Counted from the first letter of the stretch, positions 1-9,142 are shown. The stretch is DNA of 41,837 nucleotides from Planctomycetota bacterium (GCA_036479435.1 JAZGFI010000030.1:1-41837); one strand, 5' to 3'. Notes: generated from the sequence alone by a model not told the origin. Made by a program: numbers and translations.

Positions 1-120
1 AAGCGATCTTGCCTTGGTAGTTGAACCCCCTGCCTTCGGGTAGTATTTGGGGTCTTGCTGATCCTTGCTGGCCGCCTCTTGAAGGCTAAGCCCACCGGAC
101 ACACAGAGTTGGAGCACACG

Positions 121-1002
121 ATGCGCACTTTGATGATACTGGCCGTTTTGGGACTATTTGGATCGGTGGTCGGCCTTTCGGCCTGCAGTGACCAAAACGA
201 CAGCGAAAAAGTCCTGCGTTTCACCGCGATTCCGGACGATGACACCACCTTGCTGCGCCAAAAATACGAGCCGATTGCGGAGTACCTTTCGAAGAAACTC
301 GGCATCAAAGTCGAGTACGTTCCGGTCGCGGACTACAGCGCCGCGGTAACCGCCTTCAAAAACGGCGATGTACAACTTGCCTGGTTTGGTGGCCTGACCG
401 GAGTCCAGGCGCGCCACGCCGTGGAAGGCGCTCGGGCCATCGCCCAAGGAACTGAAGATCCCGAGTATTTTTCCTACTTCATCGCGCACAAAGACACCGG
501 CCTTACCCTCCGTGACGAGTTTCCGATGGAGATGGCGGGTAAGCGCTTTACTTTTGGCTCCCAAAGCTCGACTTCGGGCCGCTTGATGCCCGAGCACTTC
601 ATTCGCAAGTTCGGCGGCAAGAAACCCAAAGACTTCTTTAGCGAGATCAACTTTTCCGGTGCCCACGACAAGACCTGTGAGTTGGTGCAGTCCGGTGCTT
701 GGGAGTTCGGAGGGGTTAGCTACACGACTTACGACAAGATGGTGAAGAGTGGCAAGATTGACCCCGATGTTTGCCGCATCGTCTGGAAAACCCCGATCTA
801 CCCCGACTACAACTTCACCGCTCACCCCGATCTTGAAAAGACATTCGAAGCCGGATTTACCGACCGCTTGCAGAAAGCCTTGGTCGCAATGACGGACAAA
901 AAACTACTCAGTGCTTTTCTGCGGTCAGGCTTGATTCCCGCGACAAATTCGGACTTCGAACGCATTGAGATGCTCGCTCGGGAACTCGATTTCGTTCGCT
1001 GA
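121..1002 (+). CDS. phnD: PhnD-family ABC transporter substrate-binding lipoprotein (putative selenate ABC transporter subfamily)
   Basis: ATG at 121 preceded by GGAG; lipoprotein signal (LSAC). PhnD motifs FTAIPD, DYSAAVTAF..G.VQLAWFGGLTGVQAR, FTFGSQSSTSGRLMP, FSGAHD. First gene of a coupled operon. Confidence 0.9.
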   Translation: MRTLMILAVLGLFGSVVGLSACSDQNDSEKVLRFTAIPDDDTTLLRQKYEPIAEYLSKKLGIKVEYVPVADYSAAVTAFKNGDVQLAWFGGLTGVQARHAVEGARAIAQGTEDPEYFSYFIAHKDTGLTLRDEFPMEMAGKRFTFGSQSSTSGRLMPEHFIRKFGGKKPKDFFSEINFSGAHDKTCELVQSGAWEFGGVSYTTYDKMVKSGKIDPDVCRIVWKTPIYPDYNFTAHPDLEKTFEAGFTDRLQKALVAMTDKKLLSAFLRSGLIPATNSDFERIEMLARELDFVR

Positions 1003-1787
1003 TGGATAGCCTTGGCTCTACATTTGAGATCGAGAACGCCGCCGTCACCTTCGGAGAGACTCGCGCCTTAGACGGCGTGAGCCTCAGCGTCGGTGCCGGG
1101 GAGTCTTTGGCCCTGATCGGCCCAAGTGGCGCGGGTAAAACAACCCTGTTGCGCCTCCTCAACGCCACGGTACGTCCGACATCAGGTCGCGTCGCCGTGA
1201 ACGGGCGCGACCTGGCGACTTTTGGTGCCGCCGAAACCCGCGCCCTGCGCGGCCGGGTGGCCTTCATTCATCAGGACTACCGCCTACTCCCAAATCTTCG
1301 GGTCTCACAAAACGTCCTGGCGGGACGTTTGGGCCAAATGAGCTACCTGAAGTCGATCGGCGCCATGTTGCGCCCCTCCAAGACGAGCCTCAACGAGGTC
1401 TATGCCCTCTTAGAACGAGTGGGCATCCCGGAGAAAATCTTCGAGCGCACCGACAGCTTATCTGGCGGTCAGCGCCAACGCGTGGCGATCGCTCGCGGCC
1501 TTTACCAGCAACCGCGAGCACTCCTTGCCGATGAGCCGGTCGCCAGCGTCGACCCCGCCCGGGCTCGTGACACCGTGGAACTTTTGACTCGCATTGCGCG
1601 CGAAGAGAATCTGACGCTCTGCATGAGTCTTCACAACATCGAACTCGCACGGGAGTTTTTCCCCCGATTGGTCGGCATTCGCCGCGGCCAACTCGCCTTC
1701 GACAAAGCTAATGGCGAAGTCTCCGATCAAGAGCTAAGCGGGCTCTACCAACTCGACCAAAACGAAATGCTGGTCGATGGCGCCTGA
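1002..1787 (+). CDS. phnC: PhnC-family ABC transporter ATP-binding protein
   Basis: Walker A GPSGAGKTT, signature LSGGQRQRVAIAR, LLADEPVASVDP, NVLAGRLG; TGATG overlap with upstream gene. Confidence 0.92.
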   Translation: MDSLGSTFEIENAAVTFGETRALDGVSLSVGAGESLALIGPSGAGKTTLLRLLNATVRPTSGRVAVNGRDLATFGAAETRALRGRVAFIHQDYRLLPNLRVSQNVLAGRLGQMSYLKSIGAMLRPSKTSLNEVYALLERVGIPEKIFERTDSLSGGQRQRVAIARGLYQQPRALLADEPVASVDPARARDTVELLTRIAREENLTLCMSLHNIELAREFFPRLVGIRRGQLAFDKANGEVSDQELSGLYQLDQNEMLVDGA

Positions 1788-2673
1788 AAAAGCGTCGGCA
1801 CTGTCGATCAAAGCGCCGTTCTTCATTGGCCGGCGCGGGGCGGTTCTCATCGTCTTCGTTTTGGCGGCCATAGTTTCTTATTTCTCGCTAGGGCTTGAGC
1901 TCAAGACTCTGTGGCCATCTGAAGGTGGACGCAGCATCGCCGCGGGCTTTTTCAGCCGCGCTTTTAGTCCTGCGATGCACGCCGAAGGTGAGTTCGTTCC
2001 GGCGAACGATCCACCCTTGCTCCAAATCGCGGCCGAGGCGGCATGGCTCACGTTTTTGTTCGCGGCCGCGGCCATGGGACTTGCCCTTTTGATCGGCATC
2101 GTCTTCGGTTTTCTCGCGAGTTCCGCCTGGTGGCGCGGCGATCCCCAAGGGGCAGAATCGGCCGCCGTCAAATGGCTTCGGCGCACCCTGGCTCCGGCGG
2201 TCTACGTTGCGAGCCGCACCTTCATCGCCGTCATCCGTTCGATTCACGAGCTATTGTGGGCGATCTTGTTTCTCACCGCTTTTGGCCTTTGCGATGCGGC
2301 GGCGATCTTGGCCTTGGCCCTGCCCTACGGCGGCTACCTCGCCAAGATCTTTTCCGAATTGATCGACGAGGCCTCACCCACGGCCGCGGCTGGCCTGCGC
2401 GCGGTGGGCGCGGGATCTTTGCAGGTCTTTACCTTCGGGCTGTTAACCCAGGCCTTGCCCGACATGATCGCCTACGCTTTTTACCGCTTTGAGTGCGCCC
2501 TTCGCTCGTCTGCGGTCTTAGGCTTCTTCGGATTTCCGACTTTGGGACTGTTCATCCGACAGTCCTTCAACTCGTCGAACTACGGCGAGGTTTGGACTTA
2601 CCTTTATGTGTTGCTCCTGCTCATCATCGTCTTTGACTGGTGGAGCGGTGCCGTGCGAAAAAGGCTCGTCTGA
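1777..2673 (+). CDS. phnE: PhnE-family ABC transporter permease
   Basis: Multiple TM segments; motifs RSIHELLWAILF, AKIFSELIDE, YRFECALRSSAVLGFFG. Confidence 0.9.
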   Translation: MAPEKASALSIKAPFFIGRRGAVLIVFVLAAIVSYFSLGLELKTLWPSEGGRSIAAGFFSRAFSPAMHAEGEFVPANDPPLLQIAAEAAWLTFLFAAAAMGLALLIGIVFGFLASSAWWRGDPQGAESAAVKWLRRTLAPAVYVASRTFIAVIRSIHELLWAILFLTAFGLCDAAAILALALPYGGYLAKIFSELIDEASPTAAAGLRAVGAGSLQVFTFGLLTQALPDMIAYAFYRFECALRSSAVLGFFGFPTLGLFIRQSFNSSNYGEVWTYLYVLLLLIIVFDWWSGAVRKRLV

Positions 2674-3593
2674 TGGCCGTCGACCGACAGGAAACCATTT
2701 CTGCGCTTTATGCAAAGCGTCCCCGCGACCGCTTCGTGCGCGCCAGCCTGTGGTTGTTCTTTTTGTTGATCGTTGGGTCCTGGATTGCCGGGCGTTTTAG
2801 CCTCACCGAGATTCTTAGCGCACGACGATTGGGCAACCTCGAACGATTCCTGAACGACATCACCCCCTTCGATTTGCGCAACACCGACTGGGGGATTACG
2901 GACCTTTTCGGATGGGCCGCCGAGCGCATGTCTGAGAGCGGTTGGGAAGCCGCCGGTGCGACCATCGCCATTGCCGTCGTCGCGATCTTCATCGCCTCGG
3001 CCGCCAGCTTGCCGCTGTCGTTCGCCGCGGCACGCCGACTCATGAACGCCGAGCCTTTTTTGCCGAACGGCGCCGCACCGAGTCGCGCCCGACGGTTCAT
3101 GTGGCGGGCTTTCGTCTTGCTGGCGAGAATCCTGCTGATCTTATTGCGCGCCATGCCCGAGTACCTGTTGGCTTTTTTGGCTCTGGCCCTATTTGGAGCG
3201 TCGGCTTGGCCCGCCGTGATCGCCCTGGCGATCCACAACGCCGGCATCTTGGGCCGGCTTAAGGGCGAGGTCATCGAAAACACCAACGCACGCTCGTTGA
3301 GTGCCTTGCGCGGCGTCGGCGCCTCGCGCCGGCAGATTTCGCTCTTCGGCGTGATGCCTTTAGTCCTGCCGCGGTTTTTGCTCTACGACTTTTACCGCTG
3401 GGAGAGCTGCGTGCGCGAAGCCACCGTCCTCGGGATGCTGGGCTTCGCGTCGCTGGGCGCCGTCGTCGTCGACGCCCGAACGCGCGAAAAGTACGACGAA
3501 TTCGTCTTCTTCATCTTGCTCGGTTGCGCCATCGTCGTGGTCGGCGACCTGATCTCAGCGCTCGCACGGTCGATCGTGCGACGCGCTAGCTAA
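2673..3593 (+). CDS. phnE: PhnE-family ABC transporter permease (second copy)
   Basis: Start taken at ATG 2673 (TGATG overlap); motifs LRAMPEYLL, ALAIHNAGILGRL..EVIE, YRWESCVREATVLG. Confidence 0.9.
   Translation: MAVDRQETISALYAKRPRDRFVRASLWLFFLLIVGSWIAGRFSLTEILSARRLGNLERFLNDITPFDLRNTDWGITDLFGWAAERMSESGWEAAGATIAIAVVAIFIASAASLPLSFAAARRLMNAEPFLPNGAAPSRARRFMWRAFVLLARILLILLRAMPEYLLAFLALALFGASAWPAVIALAIHNAGILGRLKGEVIENTNARSLSALRGVGASRRQISLFGVMPLVLPRFLLYDFYRWESCVREATVLGMLGFASLGAVVVDARTREKYDEFVFFILLGCAIVVVGDLISALARSIVRRAS
3562..3593 (+). repeat. Left copy of a 32-bp direct repeat (3' end of phnE)
   Basis: tcgcacggtcgatcgtgcgacgcgctagctaa; 29/32 identical to 5152-5183. Confidence 0.9.
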
Positions 3594-3627
3594 GCGCACG
3601 ATTAGCCAACCCACGCACCAAAAACCA

Positions 3628-3656
3628 TTGACCTCGCCCTCTAAGTTCGCCATCTT
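3628..3656 (+). promoter_or_regulatory. Sigma70-like promoter, probably giving a leaderless transcript
   Basis: TTGACC-N17-CATCTT, then 6 nt to ATG 3663; no SD sequence. Confidence 0.5.
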
Positions 3657-3662
3657 CAAACC

Positions 3663-5057
3663 ATGATGGACTTAGATGACGTCAAAGCTTTGATCGCCGC
3701 GGGTGAATCCGACACCTGTGAGTGGAAAAAGAGTAGCAGCCAGCTCTCGCGCGCTGGGGAGACCTTGTGCGCCTTTTTGAATGGAGGTGGCGGAACGGTC
3801 CTTTTGGGGGTCGGCCCCACCGGTAAATTGTTGGGCCAAACAGTGTCTGACAAGACGCTACGTGATATTGCTCACACGCTCGCGAGAATTCAGCCTCATG
3901 CGTCCGTCGTCGTCGAGGAGATTCCACTTAAGGACGATCTCAAGGTGATCGCCTTGAAGACTAGTCCGGACCCCAATCACCAACCCTATCTTTACGATGG
4001 GCGCCCCTATCAACGCAGCGGGCCCACCACCGCCCATATGCCGCCTGACCTCCTCTACCGCCAGGTCCTCTCACGCCCTGAGAACGAGAACTTGTGGGAG
4101 GGCCGTATTGCTGCTGGGTTCTCAATGGCAAACTTAGACCGGGAAGAGATCATCCGCGCTGGCCACCGTGGCGCTGCCGCCCTCGGAGTACCCGTCGATC
4201 TCAAGAATAGCCCAGAAGAAATCTTACGTGGTTTTGACCTTCTCGCGGAAGATGGACACATTTGGAATGCCGCGATGGCCCTGTTCGCGAAACCGCTGTC
4301 TTCGGGACCACGTCTTTTTCAATGCCTGCTGCAGCTGGCCCTCTTCAAGGGCACGGATAAGATGGAGTTTCTCGACCAAAAGAACGTCGAAGGCGGCGCT
4401 TTCAACATGTTGAGCGAAGCCGAGTTGTTCATTCGGCGACATATGCCGGTCGCGGCGAAGATCACTCCTCGGCAATTTGAGCGCGAAGAGACTCCCCTTC
4501 TTCCCTGGGATGCCGTGCGGGAAGCCTTGATTAACGCCCTCATTCACCGTGACTACGCTGATCAAGGCCGGTCAATCACGGTGGCCATCTATGACGATCG
4601 ACTGGAGATCTGGAATCCAGGACGACTTCCTGCGGGTATCGAGCTCGAACAATTGAAGAAGAAGCACGATTCTGTGCGACGGAATCGGCGCATCGCCGAT
4701 GCCTTTCATCGCACGGGGCTTATCGAAAAGTGGGGGCGCGGCACGCAAACTATGGTGGCGCTTTGCAAGGATATGGGTCGCGCCGAGCCTATCTTTGAAG
4801 AGAGGCAGCAGAGTTTCGGAGTCATCTTCCCCGCGCCGTTTAAGGCGACAAAGATCGTCACCTCAATTAGTCTGACCCCGCTTCAGAACGAGATCCTTGC
4901 GCGGCTGAAGAGCGCTCAAGCCATTTCGTTGCGCCAGGCTATGGAAGAGACGGGCGCTGCGCGCCGAACCGTACAGCGGGCGCTAAGCGCATTAGTCAAA
5001 GCGGGCCACCTGGTCGGTGAAGGCGCTAGCCAGCACAGGGTTTACCGCCGCGTGTAG
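3663..5057 (+). CDS. AlbA_2 (Schlafen-like) + HATPase_c_4 (RecG C-terminal-like) + winged-HTH protein
   Basis: N-terminal GESDTCEWK...CAFLNGGGGTVLLGV; central AVREALINALIHRDY, IYDDRLEIWNPGRLP, RN..IA..F...GLIEKWGRG; C-terminal HTH (RRTVQRALSALVKAG). Confidence 0.9.
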   Translation: MMDLDDVKALIAAGESDTCEWKKSSSQLSRAGETLCAFLNGGGGTVLLGVGPTGKLLGQTVSDKTLRDIAHTLARIQPHASVVVEEIPLKDDLKVIALKTSPDPNHQPYLYDGRPYQRSGPTTAHMPPDLLYRQVLSRPENENLWEGRIAAGFSMANLDREEIIRAGHRGAAALGVPVDLKNSPEEILRGFDLLAEDGHIWNAAMALFAKPLSSGPRLFQCLLQLALFKGTDKMEFLDQKNVEGGAFNMLSEAELFIRRHMPVAAKITPRQFEREETPLLPWDAVREALINALIHRDYADQGRSITVAIYDDRLEIWNPGRLPAGIELEQLKKKHDSVRRNRRIADAFHRTGLIEKWGRGTQTMVALCKDMGRAEPIFEERQQSFGVIFPAPFKATKIVTSISLTPLQNEILARLKSAQAISLRQAMEETGAARRTVQRALSALVKAGHLVGEGASQHRVYRRV

Positions 5058-5059
5058 CA

Positions 5060-5111
5060 GCGCACCCTTGGCGCACCCTTGGCGCACCCTTGGCGCACCC
5101 TTGGCGCACCC
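5060..5111 (+). repeat. 11-bp tandem repeat (GCGCACCCTTG) x4 plus an 8-bp partial copy
   Basis: Perfect copies at 5060, 5071, 5082 and 5093, partial at 5104; begins 2 nt after the stop codon. Confidence 0.95.
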
Positions 5112-5143
5112 CGCGAACAAGTTTCGTGCCAGTGAGTAAGCCA

Positions 5144-5179
5144 CTGGCACGTCGCACGATCGATCGTGCGACGTGCCAG
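5144..5179. repeat. 36-bp perfect palindrome, overlapped by a second hairpin (5125-5151); possible bidirectional terminator
   Basis: ctggcacgtcgcacgatc|gatcgtgcgacgtgccag; also cgtgccagtg-agtaagc-cactggcacg. Lies between convergent genes. Confidence 0.9.
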
Positions 5180-5183
5180 CTAA
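5152..5183 (+). repeat. Right copy of the 32-bp direct repeat (displaced phnE 3' end)
   Basis: tcgcacgatcgatcgtgcgacgtgccagctaa; still reads ARSIVRRAS-stop. Confidence 0.9.
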
Positions 5184-5197
5184 AGCGAAGCCCAAAC

Positions 5198-6481
5198 TCA
5201 GCGAACCGTATCTCCGGCCTTGGGGCTTCCGTCTTTCACTTGGATGACGGCGAAGCTCTCGCCGACGGTATCGATGATGCCGTTACCGACCTTGGTGTCT
5301 TGACGCCAAAAGGCGACTTTCCGGCCCTCCTTGGCTTCAGCCAAGAGGTCAACAAAAGCTCGATTCGCCCGGCGGTCCACGCCCATGACCGTTCCCATAT
5401 CAACCACGCTCGGGCCGATAAGCGTGACTTCAACGAAGATTCGGTGCATCTTACTCTGACCGCCGTGGCTGGGAATTCGGTGGTCCACAACGAAGGTCCC
5501 GCCGTTGCCGTCGAAGGTGATGTCACGGCGCACAACACTTGTCGACGCGACCTCTGGCAACTGGATGGATACTTCCTCACCCATCCCCGCAAGCTTCGTC
5601 TTGAAGACCGCAATGGGCAGTTTTACCTTGGAAGCTTTCAGGTCGAGCATCACCGTCAACTTCTCCCCGCGTGGGTCAACAATCCCGGCGACTTTGAACT
5701 CGATCCCATCGCTGACGACATCGATCACCGGATCTGCGACGGTACTGTTCTCAAGAGTCGTGATCTTGTAGTCCTTGATGTAAGAAATCTGCTTCATGAT
5801 GCTGACCGAAGCTTCTTCGCCAAGATTGGTGATCAAGCTTGGAGCGGTAATGACGGTGGCGTTCTCGGCAAAGAGGTCCCCCAAGATCGGCAATTTTTTC
5901 CGAACGGCTTTGCCTTTGGCATCCGACGATTTCACGGCGGCAATCTGCAATTTGAACTTCTCGGCGTCGACATAGCGCAAGCCGGGCTCATAGTCTTTAA
6001 ACTTGCCACTCACGATCCAGGTGCGAACCTGCATCTGCCGGCGACTCAGGGCACGAGTCTTGCGAATCAGGTCTCTTGCCGCAGCAACCCCGTTATGGCT
6101 GCCGTCGACTCGCAACCAGCGCTCGATCTCGACCGCGGGCCTCGTCTTCGTGCCTTCTTTCACCTTCCCCGTGAAGGCCGAAGTCGAAACCAAGCGATCA
6201 ATCAAGCTGACGCGAGCGATGTCCGGCATCGCCAACAGTCGGTCTCTAAGCCAGTAATCAATGAATCTGGTCCCTGGCGCCAGAATGCGTCCCCTCTCAT
6301 CAACACCGCAGCTTCGACGCGTCATCACGAGGTGCTCGTGCGTGGCATCAATCCTGCCCTGAGCGGTCATCTCGGCGTCTTGACGAGGATCGGTACGCCG
6401 TGCCAGGCCAATCTCGTCTTGCCCCCAAACACCGGGCATCAAGGGCAACAACAAGCTCAGGGCCAACATCAATCGCATCAT
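5198..6481 (-). CDS. Exported protein with a secretin-like (type II/III secretion C-domain-like) segment
   Basis: Signal peptide; LPILGDLF and VITAPSLITNLGEEASVSI..QISYIKDY...DPVIDVVSDGI resemble secretin motifs. ATGA overlap with the anti-sigma gene. Confidence 0.6.
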   Translation of the reverse strand: MMRLMLALSLLLPLMPGVWGQDEIGLARRTDPRQDAEMTAQGRIDATHEHLVMTRRSCGVDERGRILAPGTRFIDYWLRDRLLAMPDIARVSLIDRLVSTSAFTGKVKEGTKTRPAVEIERWLRVDGSHNGVAAARDLIRKTRALSRRQMQVRTWIVSGKFKDYEPGLRYVDAEKFKLQIAAVKSSDAKGKAVRKKLPILGDLFAENATVITAPSLITNLGEEASVSIMKQISYIKDYKITTLENSTVADPVIDVVSDGIEFKVAGIVDPRGEKLTVMLDLKASKVKLPIAVFKTKLAGMGEEVSIQLPEVASTSVVRRDITFDGNGGTFVVDHRIPSHGGQSKMHRIFVEVTLIGPSVVDMGTVMGVDRRANRAFVDLLAEAKEGRKVAFWRQDTKVGNGIIDTVGESFAVIQVKDGSPKAGDTVR

Positions 6482-6960
6482 TCGGAATAGCTCCGGTTTG
6501 GATCCCGGCCACGCAGAATGCGGCCATGACTTCGGGTCATCTGCACGACTCGCCCCTTTTCAACTCGGGAGACGGTCGTTGTTTCTTCTTCAAAGGTCGA
6601 GACCATCAGCGCTCTCTCGTCGCCGGCTCGAAGGAGAATGCCGGCGTCGACCGGCGTTTCCTGTCGCTCATGGCTCTTGGGCGGATCGAGCGGCGTGGCC
6701 GGGCGCCAAAAGGCTAAGCCCAAGCCAAGGCCGCCAAGCAGCAAAGCGGCTACGGCCGCCACCCGCAAGATGCGTCCGCGCCACCAGCGCGTCGAAACCA
6801 AGACCGGCTCCGACGCCTCAAGCCCATAGAGGCTCGCGATCTCGGGGAACCGACCCCTGCAAGCTTCGCACTGACGGAGATGATTGGTGATCGCTGCGGA
6901 CTCGGGCCGAAGATCAAGATCCTCAAGACCGAGAGTGCGCCGCATCTCTTCGCAATTCAT
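6478..6960 (-). CDS. Zinc-finger (zf-HC2) transmembrane anti-sigma factor
   Basis: Start MNCEE at 6960 (TGATG overlap with sigma); HLRQCEAC (HxxxCxxC) followed by one TM helix. Confidence 0.8.
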   Translation of the reverse strand: MNCEEMRRTLGLEDLDLRPESAAITNHLRQCEACRGRFPEIASLYGLEASEPVLVSTRWWRGRILRVAAVAALLLGGLGLGLAFWRPATPLDPPKSHERQETPVDAGILLRAGDERALMVSTFEEETTTVSRVEKGRVVQMTRSHGRILRGRDPNRSYSE

Positions 6961-7403
6961 CACTCGCCCCTTTCCTTTTCCAAAAAGCCCTTCATCCGAC
7001 GCCGGGCGCGGAACATCCAAGTCTTGACCGTGCCGGGCGGCACTTCGAGTAGATCCGCAATTTCGCGCACCGAAAGCCCTTCCCAGAAAAACAGAACTAA
7101 GACCGCCCGCTCGTCTCGGCCGAGCCGCGCCAGCTCATCTTGCAGGCCGTGCGTCAGAGTCCTTGCCGCCAGGGGCTCAGAAAACTCAATCCCCGCCTTG
7201 GGCCGACATTTTTCGCCGCGCATGCGATCAATCGCTTTGCGTAAACCCACGGCCCGAATGTAAGGCCAAGGGTCAACGTCTCGTAGCTGCTCGCGGTGAG
7301 TCCACAGCGAACTCCAGGTGTCCTGGCGAACATCTTCAGCCGAATGCACATTCCCTAGAACCCGGCCAAGGAACTGGTCCAAACGGCCGGTGTGGCATTG
7401 CAC
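6960..7403 (-). CDS. ECF RNA polymerase sigma factor (true start possibly ATT at 7427)
   Basis: Region 2 AEDVRQDTW; region 4 L.RDERAVLVLFFWEGLSVREIADLLEVPPGTVKTWMFRARRRM. Confidence 0.9.
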   Translation of the reverse strand: MQCHTGRLDQFLGRVLGNVHSAEDVRQDTWSSLWTHREQLRDVDPWPYIRAVGLRKAIDRMRGEKCRPKAGIEFSEPLAARTLTHGLQDELARLGRDERAVLVLFFWEGLSVREIADLLEVPPGTVKTWMFRARRRMKGFLEKERGE

Positions 7404-7456
7404 GAGACGGTCAAAGTCAGCGTTAATGAGTCATTCCCCAGGGTCTTCAAAGAGTC

Positions 7457-7483
7457 TACGGCGGGGATTCCTATCGGGTTTCA
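7457..7483 (-). promoter_or_regulatory. ECF-type promoter, probably autoregulatory
   Basis: Minus strand TGAAAC-N17-CGTA just upstream of the ECF gene; fits the general AAC/CGT ECF consensus. Confidence 0.5.
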
Positions 7484-7529
7484 AAATCTTTTGGGGCGGT
7501 CTGGCGCGAGTCGCAAGCCGCAAAAGCGG

Positions 7530-9142
7530 TTATCGCGGCAGCCTGAGCTGAAAGGTCGCGCCGAAGTGGGGGTCATCGATGAGCTTCAGATCACCACCGA
7601 GTTCGCGAGCCAAGCCTCGCGAGATGGTCAGGCCTAAGCCCAAGCCGGGTTTGAAGGCGACTTCGTCGCGGGAGCCGCGAGTGAAGGGCTCGAAGATGCG
7701 ACGGCGAACGGCGGCGGAGACGCCGGGGCCGCGATCGGCGAAGGTGAGGGACCAAGTGTCGTTCTGAACGGCCAAGTTTACGTCGAGCGTTGAGGCAACC
7801 TCCGAGCGGCCGTACTTGGCGGCGTTTTCGATCAGGTTGGTGGCGATCTGCTCGACGGCAGAGCGATCGGTGCGAAGGGTGGGCGGCAAGGTGTCGGGCT
7901 GATGCCATTTGAACTCAAGGTCTTGTTCGCGGGCGAAGTTTTCCAGTCTTGAACGGAGGCTGGTCGCGAATTCTTCGAAGTCTAGGTCTTCACCTTGGAG
8001 GCGAGGTCTGCCGTCTTCGACTTGCGAATAGACGAGGAGGTTTTCGACGACGCGGTGGAGTCTTTCGGCTTCGTCGTAGAGCGTGTTGATATAGGCGGGC
8101 TTGGATTCCTCTTGGACCATGCCGTCGACGAGCATTTGGGTGTAGAGGCGAAAAGTGGTGAGGGGTGTTCGTAGCTCGTGAGTTACGGCGGCGGCGAAGC
8201 GGGCCTTGCGTTCGCTGAGGGCCAGGGTTTGGCGTAGGAGTAGAGCCAAGCCGGCGAGACCCAAGAGGACGGCGAGCCAGGCCGCGGCCATTCCGAAGCG
8301 GGTGGTGCTCGAGATAGGTTCGAGATGGGTGGTCTCAACGACGAGGCGTAGTGGGATTGAAGACAAGTAGTCACGGCCGCCGCGCTCAAGCCAATCTTGA
8401 TCGAGGATCTCAAAGCGGCAAGTCGGGAACAGATCCTTGATCTCTTTACGGAACCAATCCTCGAGGCGGGCGCGATTCAACCACACGCCGCGTAGGGCCA
8501 AACCACCTTGAGCGTGGGTTTGTGTTTGGGTTTGTTGGCGAACCAAGAGTAGCTCTGCGGGCCCGCCGATTGGAAAGCGTAGCCAAGCCGGAGCCAGGGG
8601 TTGCCAGGAAACGTTGAGGAAGCTTTGCTGCAAGCCTTCGTGCTGCAGAGTTTGGGCACGCTGAGCCCCGCCTTTGCGAGATCCAAAATCGTTATGCAGG
8701 AAGTTCGAGGCTAGACTGCTGTTGGTGTAGAGCGCTCCGGGGCCAAGATTGGGACCCTTGGCGGGCGTATCGAGCTGCCCCTCGCTAAGCATGTTGCCTA
8801 GCGTCTCGACATCCTCGGGTCGGCCGACGCCACCCGGGCGAAGTTTAAGGTCTGTCGAGTTGAACCGGACAAAGTCGAGTTTGCGAAACGGCGATGGCGA
8901 GGATGTGGGCAGCCGGCCTTGCGGCATGGCCGCGTGATCACGGCTGGTCTCGGTGGCCAACAAGGGGCCCAAAAAGACATCGAGGCGCCAAAGCGCGGCC
9001 CGGAGGTTCTCGGCCTGGCGAAGGTCGGCTTCGGACTGGCGCTGCTCGGCGTCGGACTTGATGAGGGTGATGCTCATCCAAGCCGTGGCCGCCACGGCAA
9101 TAGTCGCGGCGAGACAAAACACCATCCAGGTTCGCCGCGCCC

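Larger units (their letters stand above)
3594..5151. mobile_element. Putative single-gene genomic islet inserted at the phnE 3' end
   Basis: Bounded by the 32-bp direct repeats; holds one accessory-type gene with its own promoter. No recombinase in the window. Confidence 0.55.

Noticed and set aside
5060..5111. Possible CRISPR array
   Set aside because: Units are 11 bp with no spacers, and no cas genes are present.
5090..6490. 466-aa + strand ORF
   Set aside because: Antisense shadow of 5198-6481; it starts inside the tandem repeat and has no motifs. The minus gene has a signal peptide and operon coupling.
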